From: Chiloscyllium plagiosum
Taxonomy: Eukaryota
DNA length: 64,000 bases
Direction: 5' to 3'
Assembly (NCBI RefSeq): GCF_004010195.1
Contig: NC_057756.1
Location: forward strand, 4,309,603-4,373,602
A program made the position numbers and the translations under genes. Below, one piece after another: positions 26,170 through 38,830 of the stretch. The notes beneath the pieces were generated by a model. That model was not told the DNA's origin. It saw only the letters and a list, made by a program, of their open reading frames with translations, and made no database searches. Numbering within the stretch: position 1 is the stretch's first letter; every line of letters starts with the position of its first letter.

Positions 26170-26640
26170 TTATAAAACGTCGGTCTCAGTTCCTTTCTCT
26201 GTAATTGGATCCTCGACTTCCTGATCCATAGACCATATGGTCACACTGATGCATAGATCAGAGTATTGTTGGTAGTAACTTTGGACAGTAAATAAATGAT
26301 CGACTGTCAGGAATACAGCTAGTTCATCACGTAAATCAGCTTTTCGTCCATTGAAACGATGTATAGTGCCTCCTGTGTCGGGAAAACTAACACATTCAAA
26401 GACCGCTCCCACCACGGTTCTACTCTGTTGCTCCGTATTCCATTGGTCAGAAGATATAAACGTTTGAAAAAACATAAAAAACAGATTCAGTGCACTTTTT
26501 CTTTATCTGCCATGGTCAGACATTTGAATGGAAATCTCAAAAATTAATATTGATCATTCTCCCGACAGCTTCTCTGTAGCTGTAACTTGTGTTATGCACT
26601 CTGTTGTGCTACCGGGATGCACTATCCATGGTGCAATCTG
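26170..26640 (+). mobile_element. Rex1/Babar-like LINE fragment (internally deleted)
   Basis: LCNWILDFLIHRP near 26200; KDRSHHGSTLLLRIPLVRRYKRLK...VRHLN 3' end in ORF 26359-26547. Confidence 0.75.
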
Positions 26641-27095
26641 CCCTTAAATATCAATATTTATTTCCACAGCACCTGTCGAAATGAACTGAGGGGATCCCAC
26701 ACATTAATTTTATACTGGTTTTAATGTCATGCGCTGAAGTGCCCCCACTGAATGCCTTTCCAAAACAGCCCTTGTGCCTAATCAAAAAACATCCAGTTTT
26801 CACCTCAAAGCAACGTGATACATAGCAAGACCATCTCCTTGCCGAACGAAGTGTTTCACGTTCTTCCCCACTCTCTGGCAAATGCTTAATGCTACGTCTA
26901 GTTTGCCCATAATGATCTACTTTGCAGATGTTTGGTATCATAGCAACCAATACATACCCAGACTATTGTGTTGAACTGTTTAAGATGGTCTGGCCTGCAA
27001 TATGTCAACATGTCTGCACGTAATGAATATTTTGCCAGAAGTTACAAAGCTGGTAAGTGAAAAGATGGATTTTACTATCAGGAGGTTTGGGTAGT

Positions 27096-27124
27096 GGGGT
27101 GGGGGGGGGGGGGGGGGGTGGGGA
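27096..27124 (+). repeat. Poly-G tract
   Basis: ggggt-G18-tgggg. Confidence 0.9.
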
Positions 27125-28158
27125 GAGGTGTCGAAAAGTCCTCATGGTAACAGACTCAGCAGTCCCTGGATAATGGATAATTTCATCATGACAGCTAAAC
27201 CAGACATATATTTGAAACATTCTGTTTATATGCTAGCACACCAGCAAGTACCACAGTATGTGATTCCAGTACCAAGGCAAATGTTCTCTCCAGCATAGTA
27301 GTAATGGCATAAATAGCATGACAACTATAGCAGGAACTGTACCTTAACTTAGAAAGAAATAAACAAAGTGTGTCTATTTGTAGATGACTTCGCCTTTACT
27401 TCTTCTTCACCAAAGTTTCTGCAACTTCCATAGAAGGAAGAACACTTAACTTTCATTTACCTTCACAGCCGCAAAGTCTGACATCGATTTGATTGTCACC
27501 CGACTGAAGTATACTTCATAAAGTCACTGTGTGGTTTTATATGTCTGTTGTTTTGTTTGTTTTACAATGATAGTCGTTGGATGTAATAACGAATACAATC
27601 TCCAAATTTAAGAAGAAAATGGCATTTTATCCAGATGGGTGCCATTCAGAAATAGACTTGAAATAAAACGTCTACCCATATCCAACAATGCTCCTTTACG
27701 CAATTTTGATTTTACTCGTGTAGCAAACAGAGTTGAAAGCTGCAACATTCAACGTTCTGGCATTATGTCAAACAATTTATGCATTACTACTAATTTGAAC
27801 TGCTTCTTGATTTTATGACTAATTGACATCATTTAATTTGCTTTAATATTTTCTCTCCTTATGTATTGTTGCAAAATAAGTATGTCTGACTCACATTTGA
27901 AGAACTCTAAGAAAGTTCAAGGCGGATTGGTGGTCAATGTATGCTAACTAATTATCTAACAATAATGAGCAGTCTGTATACAGAGGAACATCAATATGCA
28001 ATAAACATCTACATATCAGCTAACTGTTATTAGAAAGACTGTATATGAGAAAAATAAATTGCGAAGTGTACTGTCAACAATCTGATACAATTTGCATATG
28101 AATATCATTGAGATCAATTCCAAACAACTTGAAAGTGAAATAAGTATTTGTTGAACAG

Positions 28159-28185
28159 AGGAGAAACTGCAAGACAAAGAGAAAG
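28159..28185 (+). CDS. Micro-exon type A (27 nt): EEKLQDKEK
   Basis: gtatttgttgaacag|AGGAGAAACTGCAAGACAAAGAGAAAG|gtaaat. Confidence 0.85.
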
Positions 28186-29589
28186 GTAAATTGTTTTGAT
28201 GCTTGTTCATTTGAATTTTATCCCAAAAACTATCTTCTTTGTTCTGCTATTTTTTTTCTTGTTGCATCTTCATGTCGCCAGCATTTGTGCAAACAAATAT
28301 CGGAAATAGCAAAGGCAAATGATTGTTAGTGCCGTCGGATGATGGTAGTTTAATTAATCGAACGGATAACAGTTCATTCTTGATACACTGGATTGACATG
28401 AAGTGTCAAAAGCAGAGCACGTTTCATTCTCCAATGGTAAAAAGAGAACACCACCTTTGGCAGATATCAAAGTTATTACAACATGGCTGAGTTCAAACTA
28501 AATGGCCATTTGAATCAGATTGCAGCAGAAATTTGTGGTCATAGACAAATTAGATAAGCCTTTGAAGCCATTAATTGTCAAAGTTCAGAGCTGATAAAAT
28601 TATCTAAAATTCCGCTGATGTTCACAGCATTTCTGTCAGCAATGATTTGCAGGGAGGGCTTTATTATGAGTAGATGGACGGGTAGGGAAACTCAAAAGAT
28701 TGTGACTTAGATGTGTGTCGCCAAAATTGGCATGCTGACGATGATGACAAGGACAAATAAGATTCTATGACATTGAACAAGCAGATGTCTGTATTGTTCT
28801 GGGAAATTCTGAATTCATTCCTGCTCCAGTATACAGTCCGACTTGTTTATATATTGGTATATCAACTGTTCCCTCCAATATGCACCATCGTGTATAAGTG
28901 AATGCTGCAGATTTCCCATGCTAACGTATTGAACTATCACAGCATTACTGACTTCTGCACGTCAAAGCCAATAGGGCCTGGGCGATTTGCATAACTATGC
29001 TCCTCCACCGAGAAGAGACATTCAACGCGTCCAGGGCAGTCTACATTCCAATGGCATCTGAACATTCTTCAAACTCAGCCTAAACTACATTTTGCAAGGA
29101 AATATAATGCCCATCACTTGAGTATACCTCTTTGTCTAATTGGTTCAAAATGTTTTACTTTTCTTATTTGTTAAATGATTGCATTTCCTTGTTAATTGCA
29201 AGCATATATGTCATGAGAAGCGAACTTGTCAAGGTAAATCTCAATACAGTGGCAAATTGTGACCAAAAAACAAAACAGAAATTCCGACTGATGGGTGAAT
29301 ACTTTAGCCAAGGACAGTCCAGTCAGATTTGTCTCTGTCCTAATCCTTGTCGTTAAAGTAGGTAGATTGTGTTTGCTCAATGATATGGTCCAAGATAAAA
29401 ATATTAGATTCAAATAAGTGCGCAAAGCTGGAATTACGATGTGCATCAATTTCCACTTATGCAGTCTGCTTTATGCGTGAGATCCAGTCATAATATTATT
29501 TGAAATCATTGATACAATCTCGGCAGTATTGTGAATGATGTTCACATAAGAATGAACTTTCTTTATAAATGTTGAAATTTATTGGAGCC

Positions 29590-30960
29590 ATGAAGAGTCT
29601 CAGCAGACTGGAAAAAGTCAAATGTCGCAAAACTGCTTAAGCAGGAAGGGAGGCGGAAGATAGTAAATTATAGACGTATTAGCGTTACCTCGATCGTTGG
29701 TAGGATTGTAATGTCCATTATTAAGAATGTGTTTGTAAAGTATTTGCCGTGCGAGGTAAAGTGTGACTGAACAGCCCGTCTTCAGCAAGGGGAGGTCAGG
29801 CTTAATGTATCAGTTAGAATTCTTTTTAGAAAAAGTGACCAAGTAAGATAAAAGAATGACAGTAGGCATGATATATTTGGATTATCAGAAGACTTTCATC
29901 AAGATACTGCTGAGCCAATATGCACCCATAGTATTAGTTGCAATATGCACTCATGGATAGAGGATTTAGTGGCTGGCAGACAGCAAAGAGTGCAGAAGGG
30001 AAGAGGTCCTGTCCAGGAACTTGGTCAATAACTAATGGAGATCCACAAGGGTTAGTGTTGACAACACAACTACTCATATTATACATTTAAGGTTTCGACA
30101 AAGGATTTAGGGCATTTTGTCTTTGCTTTCAGATGACCCAAGCTAAATGCGGGACGAGTAGCATTGAAAAGGTGTAGTGAATGCAAAAGATGTAAAAAAG
30201 GCTAGAATATCGTGAAAAGATGTGGCAGATTGAATCCAATATGGGAAAGTGTGAGTATATTTGCTTTGTACAGAAGGATACAGGCGTAGACCAGTTACTT
30301 TCACGGGATAGAAATTGGAAATCTGACAACAGAGGAACTTATGGGTTCTCGTTTACGATTCGCTTAAGGGTACCTTACAGATTAATTTGCAGTCGGCACA
30401 GCAAATGTAATTCTGGATCAGTGGTGCTGGAAGAGCACAGCAATTCAGGCAGCATCCGAGGACAGGCAAATTTTACCACAGCAAATGTAATGTTAGCATT
30501 CGCTACAACAAGGATTAAATTTACGATCAGTGATGCACTGCTGAATCTGTCTATGGCTCACGTCAGACAGTGTTTGGAATCATGTGAGAGGTTTTGGGCA
30601 GCATGCCAAAATAAACATTTGCTGACTTTGGAGAATTTACACAATATGTTTAATGGATGATTCCATGGATGAAGGGTTTGTCGTATGAGGAGCGGTTAAG
30701 GAATCCGAATCATTATTGAGGAGAGGCAAAGATCCGACTGCAAACATAATGAGTGAAGGCAGAGCCGTTCAGAACTGAGATACTGAGGAATTCCTTAAGC
30801 CAAAGGGAGGTGAATTCAGGCAAGTCATTGCTACACATGGCTAGAGAGGGCAAGTCATGAAATGTATTTAAGACTAAGGTAGAAAGGCTCTTGATTGACA
30901 AGATGTGGAGAGGTTACAGAAAGAAGTCAGGTGAATGGAATTGAGAAACATATCAGACCG
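29590..30960 (+). mobile_element. Decayed CR1 LINE
   Basis: aattatagacgtattagcgttacctc (NYRxISVTS); WQIESNMGKCE...VRQCLESCERFWA. Confidence 0.8.
30412..30476 (-). mobile_element. 65-bp Penelope terminal fragment with 15-bp TSD
   Basis: TSD cacagcaaatgtaat at 30397-30411 and 30477-30491; insert gtgctggaagagcacagcaattcaggcagcatccgagg. Confidence 0.85.
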
Positions 30961-30994
30961 AACCAGTCAAGTGTTTAATTGGACGTGCTATCCT

Positions 30995-31340
30995 ACTAGT
31001 TTTATTACTGAACTATTTTATCAGAGACCTAGGAAATGCTCTGGGACTCAGGTTCAGATCTGGGTAAAGCACATGGTGGAATTTGAACATCAACAAAACA
31101 GTTTCTGGACTTAAAATTCTGATGATGAAACTGAATCAATTGTTAAGAAACACTGACGTGGTTCACTCACATCATTTAGTGAAGGGAACTGAATGCCCCT
31201 GTCTGATCTGGCCTACATATGACTCCAGACACACAGCAATGCGCTTGATCCTTAACTGCACCCTGGGGTCAGTGGTGTTGACTATGCTTGAGATAGGCAA
31301 TAAATGCTGATCTCACGAGCAATGTCCCGTGAATTTCCTT
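30995..31340 (+). mobile_element. SINE of a second family
   Basis: B-box-like ggttcagatc, core ggtggaatttgaa...tctggcctacatatgactccagac, tail ggcaataaatgctg. Confidence 0.7.
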
Positions 31341-31538
31341 TATTTTTAAAAGAATGGAATGGCAGACCTAACTCGGGAAGTGAATGACCTAAATCTGCTC
31401 CTGCATCATTTGCTCCAACATGTAAAAGAAGTCCACATTGTAGGTGGCTTATAAAAAAAAATCATTTTCAAGGTATGTGTCATGCTGTATTAAATTGAAG
31501 TAAGTGATACGCTTTATAACTATTGCATATGATGACAT

Positions 31539-33700
31539 TAGAACATAGAACATAGAACAATACAGTGCAGAACAGGCCCTTCAGCCCTCGATGTGGCGCC
31601 GACCTGCGAACTATTCTCAGGTAGTCCCCCTACACTATCCCAAAATCATCCATGTGCTTAGCTAAGGATTGCTTAAATCTCCCTAATGTGGCTGAGCTGA
31701 CTACATTAGCAAGTATGGCATCGCACGCCCTTACCACTCTCTGCCTCTTACATCTGTCTTAAATCTATCACCCCTCAATTTGTAGTTATGCCCACACGTA
31801 CACGCTGACGTTATCATCCTAGGAAAAAGACTTCAAATGTCTACCATTTCTAATCTTCTCATCCTCTTGCATATCTCGATCAAATCGCCTCTTAGTCTTC
31901 TTCTTGCCAATGAGAACAATTTCAAGTATCTCAACCTTTCCTCAAAATACCTTCCCTCCAGACCAGGCAATTTCCTGGTAAATCTGCCCTGCACCTTTTC
32001 TAATGCTTCCACATCCTTCCCGATATATGGGGACCAGAACTGCACACAATATTCCAAGTGTGGCCGCACTAGCGTTTTGTATAGTTGCAGCATGATATTG
32101 CGGCTTTGGAACTCAAGCTCTGTACGAATGAAACCTAGCACATCGTATGCTTTTTTAGCAGCACTACCCACCTGGGTGGCAACTTTCAGGGATCTATGTA
32201 CATGAACTCCAAGATCCCTCTGCACATCCACACTACCAATTAATTTCCATCGACCCAGTACAAGGCCTTCCTGTTATTCTTCCCAAAGTGCATCACCTTG
32301 CATTTTGCTGCATTGACTTCCATTTGCCACCTCTCAGCCCAATTCTGCAGTTTATCCAAGTCCCCCTGCAACCTGTAACATTCTTACACACTGTCCACTA
32401 CTTCAACGATTTTACTGCTGTCTGCAAATTTACTAATGTATCCACTTATGCCTTCATTTAAGTCATGTATAAAAAAATAACACACAGCAGTGGCCCCAAA
32501 ACAGATTATTGTGGCACACCACGAGTCACTGGATTTCGGGCTGAATATTTTCCATCAACCACCACTCGCTGCCTTTTTTCAGAAAGCCAGTTTCTTATTC
32601 AAACTGCTAAATCACCCTCAATTCCATGTCTCCGTATTTTCTCCAACGGCCTACCATGTCTAACCTATAAAAGGCTTTACTAAAGTCCATGTATACCACG
32701 TCAACTGCCCTACCCTCATCTACATGCTTGGTCACCTTCTCAAAAAACTCAATTAGGTTTGTGAGACACGACCTACACTTGACGAAACCATGTTGACTAC
32801 CTGAAATCAAATTGTTTCTTGCTCGATGATAATAAATCTAATCTCTTATAACCCTTTCCAAAACCTTTCCTACAACAGAAGTAAGGCTCACTGGTCGATA
32901 ATTGCCTGGGTCATTTCTACTGCCCTCCTTGAACAAGGGCACAACATTTGCAATCCTCCAGTCCTCTGGTACCAAAACTGTAGGCAATGACGACTCAAGC
33001 ATCAAAGCCAAAGGTTCTGCTATCTCCTCCCTAACTTCCAAGAGAATCCTGGAATAAATCCCATCCGGCCCAGGTGACTTAGATTAGATTACATTACATT
33101 ACAGCGTGGAAACAGGCCCTTCGACCCAACAAGTCCATTTACCCCATACTTAATACTACGGGCAATTTAGCATGGCCAATTCACCTGACCTGCACATCTT
33201 TGAACTGTGGGAAGAAACCGGAGCACCCGGAGGAAACCCACGCAGACATGGGGAGAACGTGCAAACTTCACATAGTCAGTCGCCTGACATGTCTACTTTC
33301 AATCCTTCTAGAATTAATAACACCTGTTCGATCCTTTCTAGTCTAATATCTCGTACCTCATTCTTCTCCTCTACAATATTCTCCTTTTCCTGAGTGAACA
33401 CCGATGAGAAATGTTTGTTTAGCACCTCTCCGATCTCCACAGGGTGCACACTCAACTTCCCACTTCTGTCTTTGATTGGCCTACCCTAATCATCCTTTTA
33501 TTCCTCACTTACCTTTAGAAAGCTTTAGGGTTCTCCTTTATTCTTTTGCGAAAGACTGCTCGTGTCCTCTCCTTGCTCATCTTAACTCTCTTTTTAAATC
33601 CTTCCTAGCTGATCTCTAATTCGTCTTCGCATCATCTGAACCATCTTGCCTCATCAACGCATAAGCCTCCTTCTTCTTCGTAACAAGAGTTGATATTTCT
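31539..33700 (-). mobile_element. Relatively young CR1 LINE (RT region and 3' end)
   Basis: WRIANVVPLFKEG..NYRPVSLTS, QHGFVKCRSCLTNLIEFFE..DFSKAF, QRDLGVHVH..RPHLEYCVQFWSP; (agaacat)n tail. Confidence 0.95.
33081..33285 (-). mobile_element. 5'-truncated HE1-type SINE inside CR1
   Basis: agattagattacattac tail; body matches 6240-6320 and 18520-18630. Confidence 0.9.
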
Positions 33701-34599
33701 GTTGTAATGGATTGTTAATGTGACACCAAGTGGTGTGTCCTCTTCAGCTGCGAATAATTGCCTTACTGGTAACTGGTCAAAATCTTAAGATGTGTGCATT
33801 TCTTACGTAGGAATCGATATTTACAATACATCCATTCAACGTGCTGTGTTACATTGATAGATCCCAATTATAGTGATGTGCTAACATATGAGAATATCAA
33901 ATGTCATGGAGTAATGAATTTAGAAAATGTTAAAATGATCCATTTTATTTCAAAGATTAGCTATTCGACCCACGGAGTTCAGTGTTGTACAGTGAGGTAC
34001 TGCAATTGACTGAGGTTTAAGTGGCAGCGGCACATTTACTAATTAGTCTCATCCTGGGGTGTATGGAAGATGAGAGATCTTAGTGTCAATTTCCACATTA
34101 TACTTAAGGTGGGTGGTGAGATCTGTAAAATGATGCACAAGCATTTATGGGCACTTGCATCTGATATGCACAGTCACCGAAGTTACAATAAATAATAGAA
34201 TATTTAAAATATGCATTAAAAAAGTTAAATACATCTGTTTTCAGTTTGTTGACAGTGTTATACAAATGCTATGATATTGTCAGGATAAACATTAGATGAG
34301 ATTACTTCGACCATAAAAGTAATTCAGCTCTAACGATGTGGTATTTTACCATCTATATAAGAGCTTCATTGCCACTCAGTTCAGATTTGTAAAGTCAGCT
34401 GGTTAATATTAAGTTGGAAGCCGAATGTTTGGAGATCATTCGGGGAGTTTTTGTTTCAAAGGGGTGGCAATGAATAATCTATTCCTATCACTACATATTT
34501 AGCATAAGCATAACTATTGATGTAATTAAACCATCTCAGAAATGAATTGAAATAGGCTCATTATGAAATAGTTTAGTTCGGCTGTCATAACTTAGTCCA

Positions 34600-35215
34600 T
34601 TAAGTACCGTAGTTCGGATGTCAAGACGAGATTGTACAGAACATCAGTGACACCTTTTCTGGAATACTGGGACCAGTTCCGGTCCGCCTGCTATAAGAAG
34701 GATAACACTTAACTGTATAACGTTGAGGAAATATTTAACAGAACATTGCAGGAATTAAGGGTTAAGTTACAAGGAGGTCCTGGATAGGCTGGGACATTTC
34801 TCACTAGAGTGTAGGAGGTTGAGGACTGATCTTATAGAGCTTTGTAAAGTCATGAGGTGTATAGATAAGGCGTATAGAATGCATATTTTCTCTCGATTGG
34901 CGCACTTCAATATTGGGATATTTTATTTCACATTAGAGGAGGATTTGTTTTTAAAAAAAACCATGAGAGGCAATTTTTGATATTTATGAAGATACTGTTT
35001 CGTTTGTGGAATGAACTTCCAAAGGAAGTAATGGATTTGAGTACAGTTACAACATTAAAAAGTTATTTGAAGAAGTGCAAGAACATTTTAAAAAAAAGAA
35101 AGGATATGGGCCAAGTGTAGGCGGGTGGGATTAGGTTAGTTTGGGACAATGATCGGCATGGAATGGTTGGGCTGAATGGTTTGTTTCCATGCTGTATGAC
35201 TCTATCACACTGTGA
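34600..35215 (+). mobile_element. CR1 3' fragment
   Basis: ttgtacagaacatcagtgacacc...ctggaatac; ggatatgggccaagtg...gtttccatgctgtatgactcta. Confidence 0.85.
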
Positions 35216-36059
35216 CTATGAACTACTGCCATGGAGAACGTTGATAACAAGAACTTCGCATTGTTTTAAATTATATTTCGATTAACAAAAGTGTCATCTA
35301 GCAATTGGTGTGATCCTGTCATGATTTCTCATTGCTGCATAAATTTCAATTTTGTCTAAAGCAAAAATAATGTAGAAAAGGAAAAGGGTGGTATAGCATG
35401 AACGCTTTGAAAAATTTTACCCAGAATGTAGAGTTGAATTCAGTTCACGAATGTGCAATCAGGAAATTACAGGCAGCCTGTAATGGGAAAAGAATGTAAG
35501 GGTCTTTTGCAGAATGCATAAGGACACAAATTAATAAATGGAATTTTGAAACACACATTGAGGGATGTAAAACTAATATTGCTGGTATAATAAGCACACA
35601 CCCTATCTTCGACAATCATTTAGTTCACAGCATTCATGCATTTAGACCTTAAGCAGGAGTCATGTTCGTCAACATCTGTGGATCTGTACATCGTCCACAA
35701 CACTGCTGTAAACCTTCCTGCTGGACCGAAGATTTCTGATTGGCACGATGCTCCTCCTCTGTGCATGAAAATTCAATTTCTTTTGACCAAGATTCTCCTC
35801 GCAATTTATGATGTTGTACAGCATCGATCACATGTAATTTCATTTATGCATTAATTGCATTCTTTGTCTCACTGCTGTCTATAATGGATTGGATTACTTT
35901 GACCATTGTGCTCCTTTAAATTTCCTAAATTTCCAGGCAGTGTGATGGTCAGACGACATTTGAGAAAATAAAATAAACATTTTGGAGACGGAATGTGCAA
36001 GAAGAATAGACAATGGATTACACTGAAGATCAAGTGTTGTGATTTTTTGTGTATTACAG

Positions 36060-36095
36060 AGTTAACTGGCTGTCAAGAAGCACTGAAGAATTTAG
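36060..36095 (+). CDS. Micro-exon type B (36 nt): ELTGCQEALKNL
   Basis: ttttttgtgtattacag|AGTTAACTGGCTGTCAAGAAGCACTGAAGAATTTAG|gtaaga. Confidence 0.9.
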
Positions 36096-36439
36096 GTAAG
36101 AGGCTTTGGCTCACAGCTTTACTCAATGGGCATCATTTTAGGCCAAAATAAATCATAGTTTCTGAAAATGTATCAAAACTCTTTGATGAAACAGCAATAC
36201 TGAAGCAGAAATGTTTTCTGTGCTGTAACGCATGCGGACAGCAAGCTAGATATTACTGAAATAAAGCCACTGACCTCAAAGAAATAATGTGACAAACTAA
36301 TATCAGAGAACATGCACTTTCAATCAAAAGTGTGATCATCGAATTTGAAATGATTCATGAGGAAACATATTGGTCACGTCGAATGCAGAAATCTCATGTG
36401 ATGGAGAATGACATGGCTATGAAAAGGTGCATTTGAAAG

Positions 36440-37150
36440 TAAGATCACTGAGAAACGTGGGAGCACAAGTAACAATTCAGCCATCGAGACTGCTCCCAAA
36501 TTCAATGCGACGATGATGGAACTGATCGGCTTCAATTTGCCTTTCTTGTCATTGGTTCCCTTACTGATTGTAAATCTATTTTAGTCTTTAATATATTTAA
36601 CGACACATTCGAGACAGCAGTAGAAATCGCAGATTCACTACTATCTAAGAGAATAAAAGCGTCTTTATTTCTGTCTTTGGAAACAATACATTATAATGAG
36701 ATTATGCCTTCTTGCATGAATCAACTTCTATAATTCCTGTTTAATCCACTCAGAATCCTATATATTTCAATAAGGCACCTACAGATTCTTCTAAATTCCA
36801 ATGAGCGCAGCGTTATCCTATTGAATGCCTGTGCATAAGACAATGCCTTCATATCTCGTGGCTTATGCCCGAAATGTCGTGTCTTTTGCCCCTCAGGTGC
36901 TGTCCAATCTGCTGTGTAATTTTTTTAGCAGCGCCATACCTTATCAATTCAATACTTAATACAAGTCATGTTATCCTTCTTCAAACTCCTCCAAATCCAG
37001 TATGCTTTTACTCAGATGGGGAATCTAATGCTTCGCAGTATTCCTGCTGTAATCTGACAAGTGCTAGGCCGGTTTTTGCAAAACCTCCCTTCATTTATAT
37101 TCCATCCCTTTGTGGTAAGGACCAACATTTCATTTGCAAACCTTCTTCTG
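36440..37150 (-). mobile_element. Old CR1 3' fragment containing a Penelope-terminus remnant (~36862-36935)
   Basis: CR1 3' similarity; cttatgcccgaaatgtcg...ctgctgtg remnant. Confidence 0.55.
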
Positions 37151-37525
37151 AAATTCACTGGTAATTATTTTTATAATATGTTTCCTGCACTAGGCCTCCG
37201 AATTTCATCCAGATTTTAAATGCCAACAATCTATCTCCATGTATTAAGATAGAAAATGTGGCAAGCAAGAATACTGTCAGCGGACAGCCGTTACCATGGG
37301 TGGCACATCATGGCCTGTGCTGGATTCCTTGTGCAATAACCTCTCGGTCTAAACTACATTTTCTTATTCCATTGTCGTAATGCTAGAAAAAAACACCGCT
37401 TGTTAAGAGTTGTGATGCATGCATGGAAAGTAAACTGTGTATTTTCTTAACATGGACATCAAAAGTTAGCAGCACAAATTTCAATTTCGTTTGCCTTTTA
37501 TGCATATCATGTTCATCCAGTAGCA

Positions 37526-37566
37526 TTGTGAGTAAAATTTAAGTTGTGAGTAAAATTTAAGTTGTG
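37526..37566. repeat. 18-bp perfect tandem duplication
   Basis: ttgtgagtaaaatttaag x2 + ttgtg. Confidence 0.9.
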
Positions 37567-37773
37567 CAATCACAGTCTACAATTAAGACTCCATGAGTCC
37601 TCCAGTCGTGTATGAAAGGAATTTACACCCATCAGCTCTGAAAGGATTGCATTCATTCATGACAAAAAGTATTTTTTTATCATGTCTCTTCATTTGTGTT
37701 GGATTTAGTGACAGTTTGCAAAAAGATGCTGACTGATTGGAAGAACTTTTTTATTGCATTTATAACTTGACAG

Positions 37774-37800
37774 ATGGAAAGCTGAAAGCAAAAACCAAAG
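37774..37800 (+). CDS. Micro-exon type A (27 nt): DGKLKAKTK
   Basis: gcatttataacttgacag|ATGGAAAGCTGAAAGCAAAAACCAAAG|gttacc; donor is non-optimal. Confidence 0.78.
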
Positions 37801-38246
37801 GTTACCTTTTTAAGTACTGTGTTGCAGTGACTATGTGAATTCTCCTTATTGATTTTGTTGTAATTTCTATAATTGTGACTCATTCTCCAGTTATGTTGAA
37901 TGAAATATTATCCAGCTGCGCATGTGACAAATGCTTGTTGTGTTAAGTTGGGTTTGTTGCTAAATGATGGATTTCGAACATATAGTGTACATTTAATGTC
38001 GGAACATAGCATTGTGGCATAGATCTCACATGAGGGATTCAATGATGTATTCTGTTCCAGTATTATCCACAGTTTTTTAAAACAATTCCTGTCGGCATTT
38101 AAATATTTCAAACGTACTGATGATGGACTATCGGGCAACGTGCTATATTGTAACTCAGTAGACTATCAAAATTAAGATGTAGATAATTGAAAATGTATGC
38201 AAAACTTAGCAAGAAAAAGACGTGGGATCCATCTTCTATATTTCAG

Positions 38247-38282
38247 AATTGATGAAATGTGAAGAAGATTTGGAAGATATAG
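38247..38282 (+). CDS. Micro-exon type B (36 nt): ELMKCEEDLEDI
   Basis: tcttctatatttcag|AATTGATGAAATGTGAAGAAGATTTGGAAGATATAG|gtttgg. Confidence 0.85.
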
Positions 38283-38803
38283 GTTTGGGAACTGTTTCAA
38301 TTATTTTAAAATAACCAGTGACCGAAGTATTTCATTGTTCGTTGTTCTATCTTGAAATGAAAAGAGCTTCGCAGTATGCAGAACTATTGTTCTGAATTAT
38401 TCTAAAATCAATAATATTGGAAAGTATAATTACGCAATAAGAGAAGGGATGAACTGATTTACACATCTGTTTAAAATGGCTGTTCAAAAAGTACATAATA
38501 CTTGCTAATTTTTTAGTTCGATTCAGTTCAGAATGTCAATTACATTACACAGATTTGGCGCCAGTTAGATTACCCTGCAACATATAACTATGCTTTCTTG
38601 TTAAAACGTTTTATTACATGTGGCACAGAATGACACAGACGAATCCCGATTACACTTGGCAAAAGATATTTTATATTTCATTAAAATGGGAACACTTTTC
38701 AGGCGAGTGGTGTCCTGTCCAACTCTATGATAGGTAATACTTATCATGGGATCCTGTTTTCATTAGTTCATCAATATTGCTTCTACTTGTTTTCGATTAA
38801 CAG

Positions 38804-38830
38804 GAGACACTCTTAAAGGGAAAGAGAAAG
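38804..38830 (+). CDS. Micro-exon type A (27 nt): GDTLKGKEK
   Basis: cttgttttcgattaacag|GAGACACTCTTAAAGGGAAAGAGAAAG|gtatct. Confidence 0.85.

Noticed and set aside
28282..28314. 33-nt segment after a long pyrimidine tract
   Set aside because: Needs a weak GC donor (gcaaat); not repeat-like.
28830..28856. 27-nt segment VYSPTCLYI
   Set aside because: Weak donor and composition unlike the protein.
33748..33768. 21-nt (one heptad) segment AANNCLT with gtaact donor
   Set aside because: Plausible signals but no sequence support from the repeat; cannot be separated from chance without RNA data.
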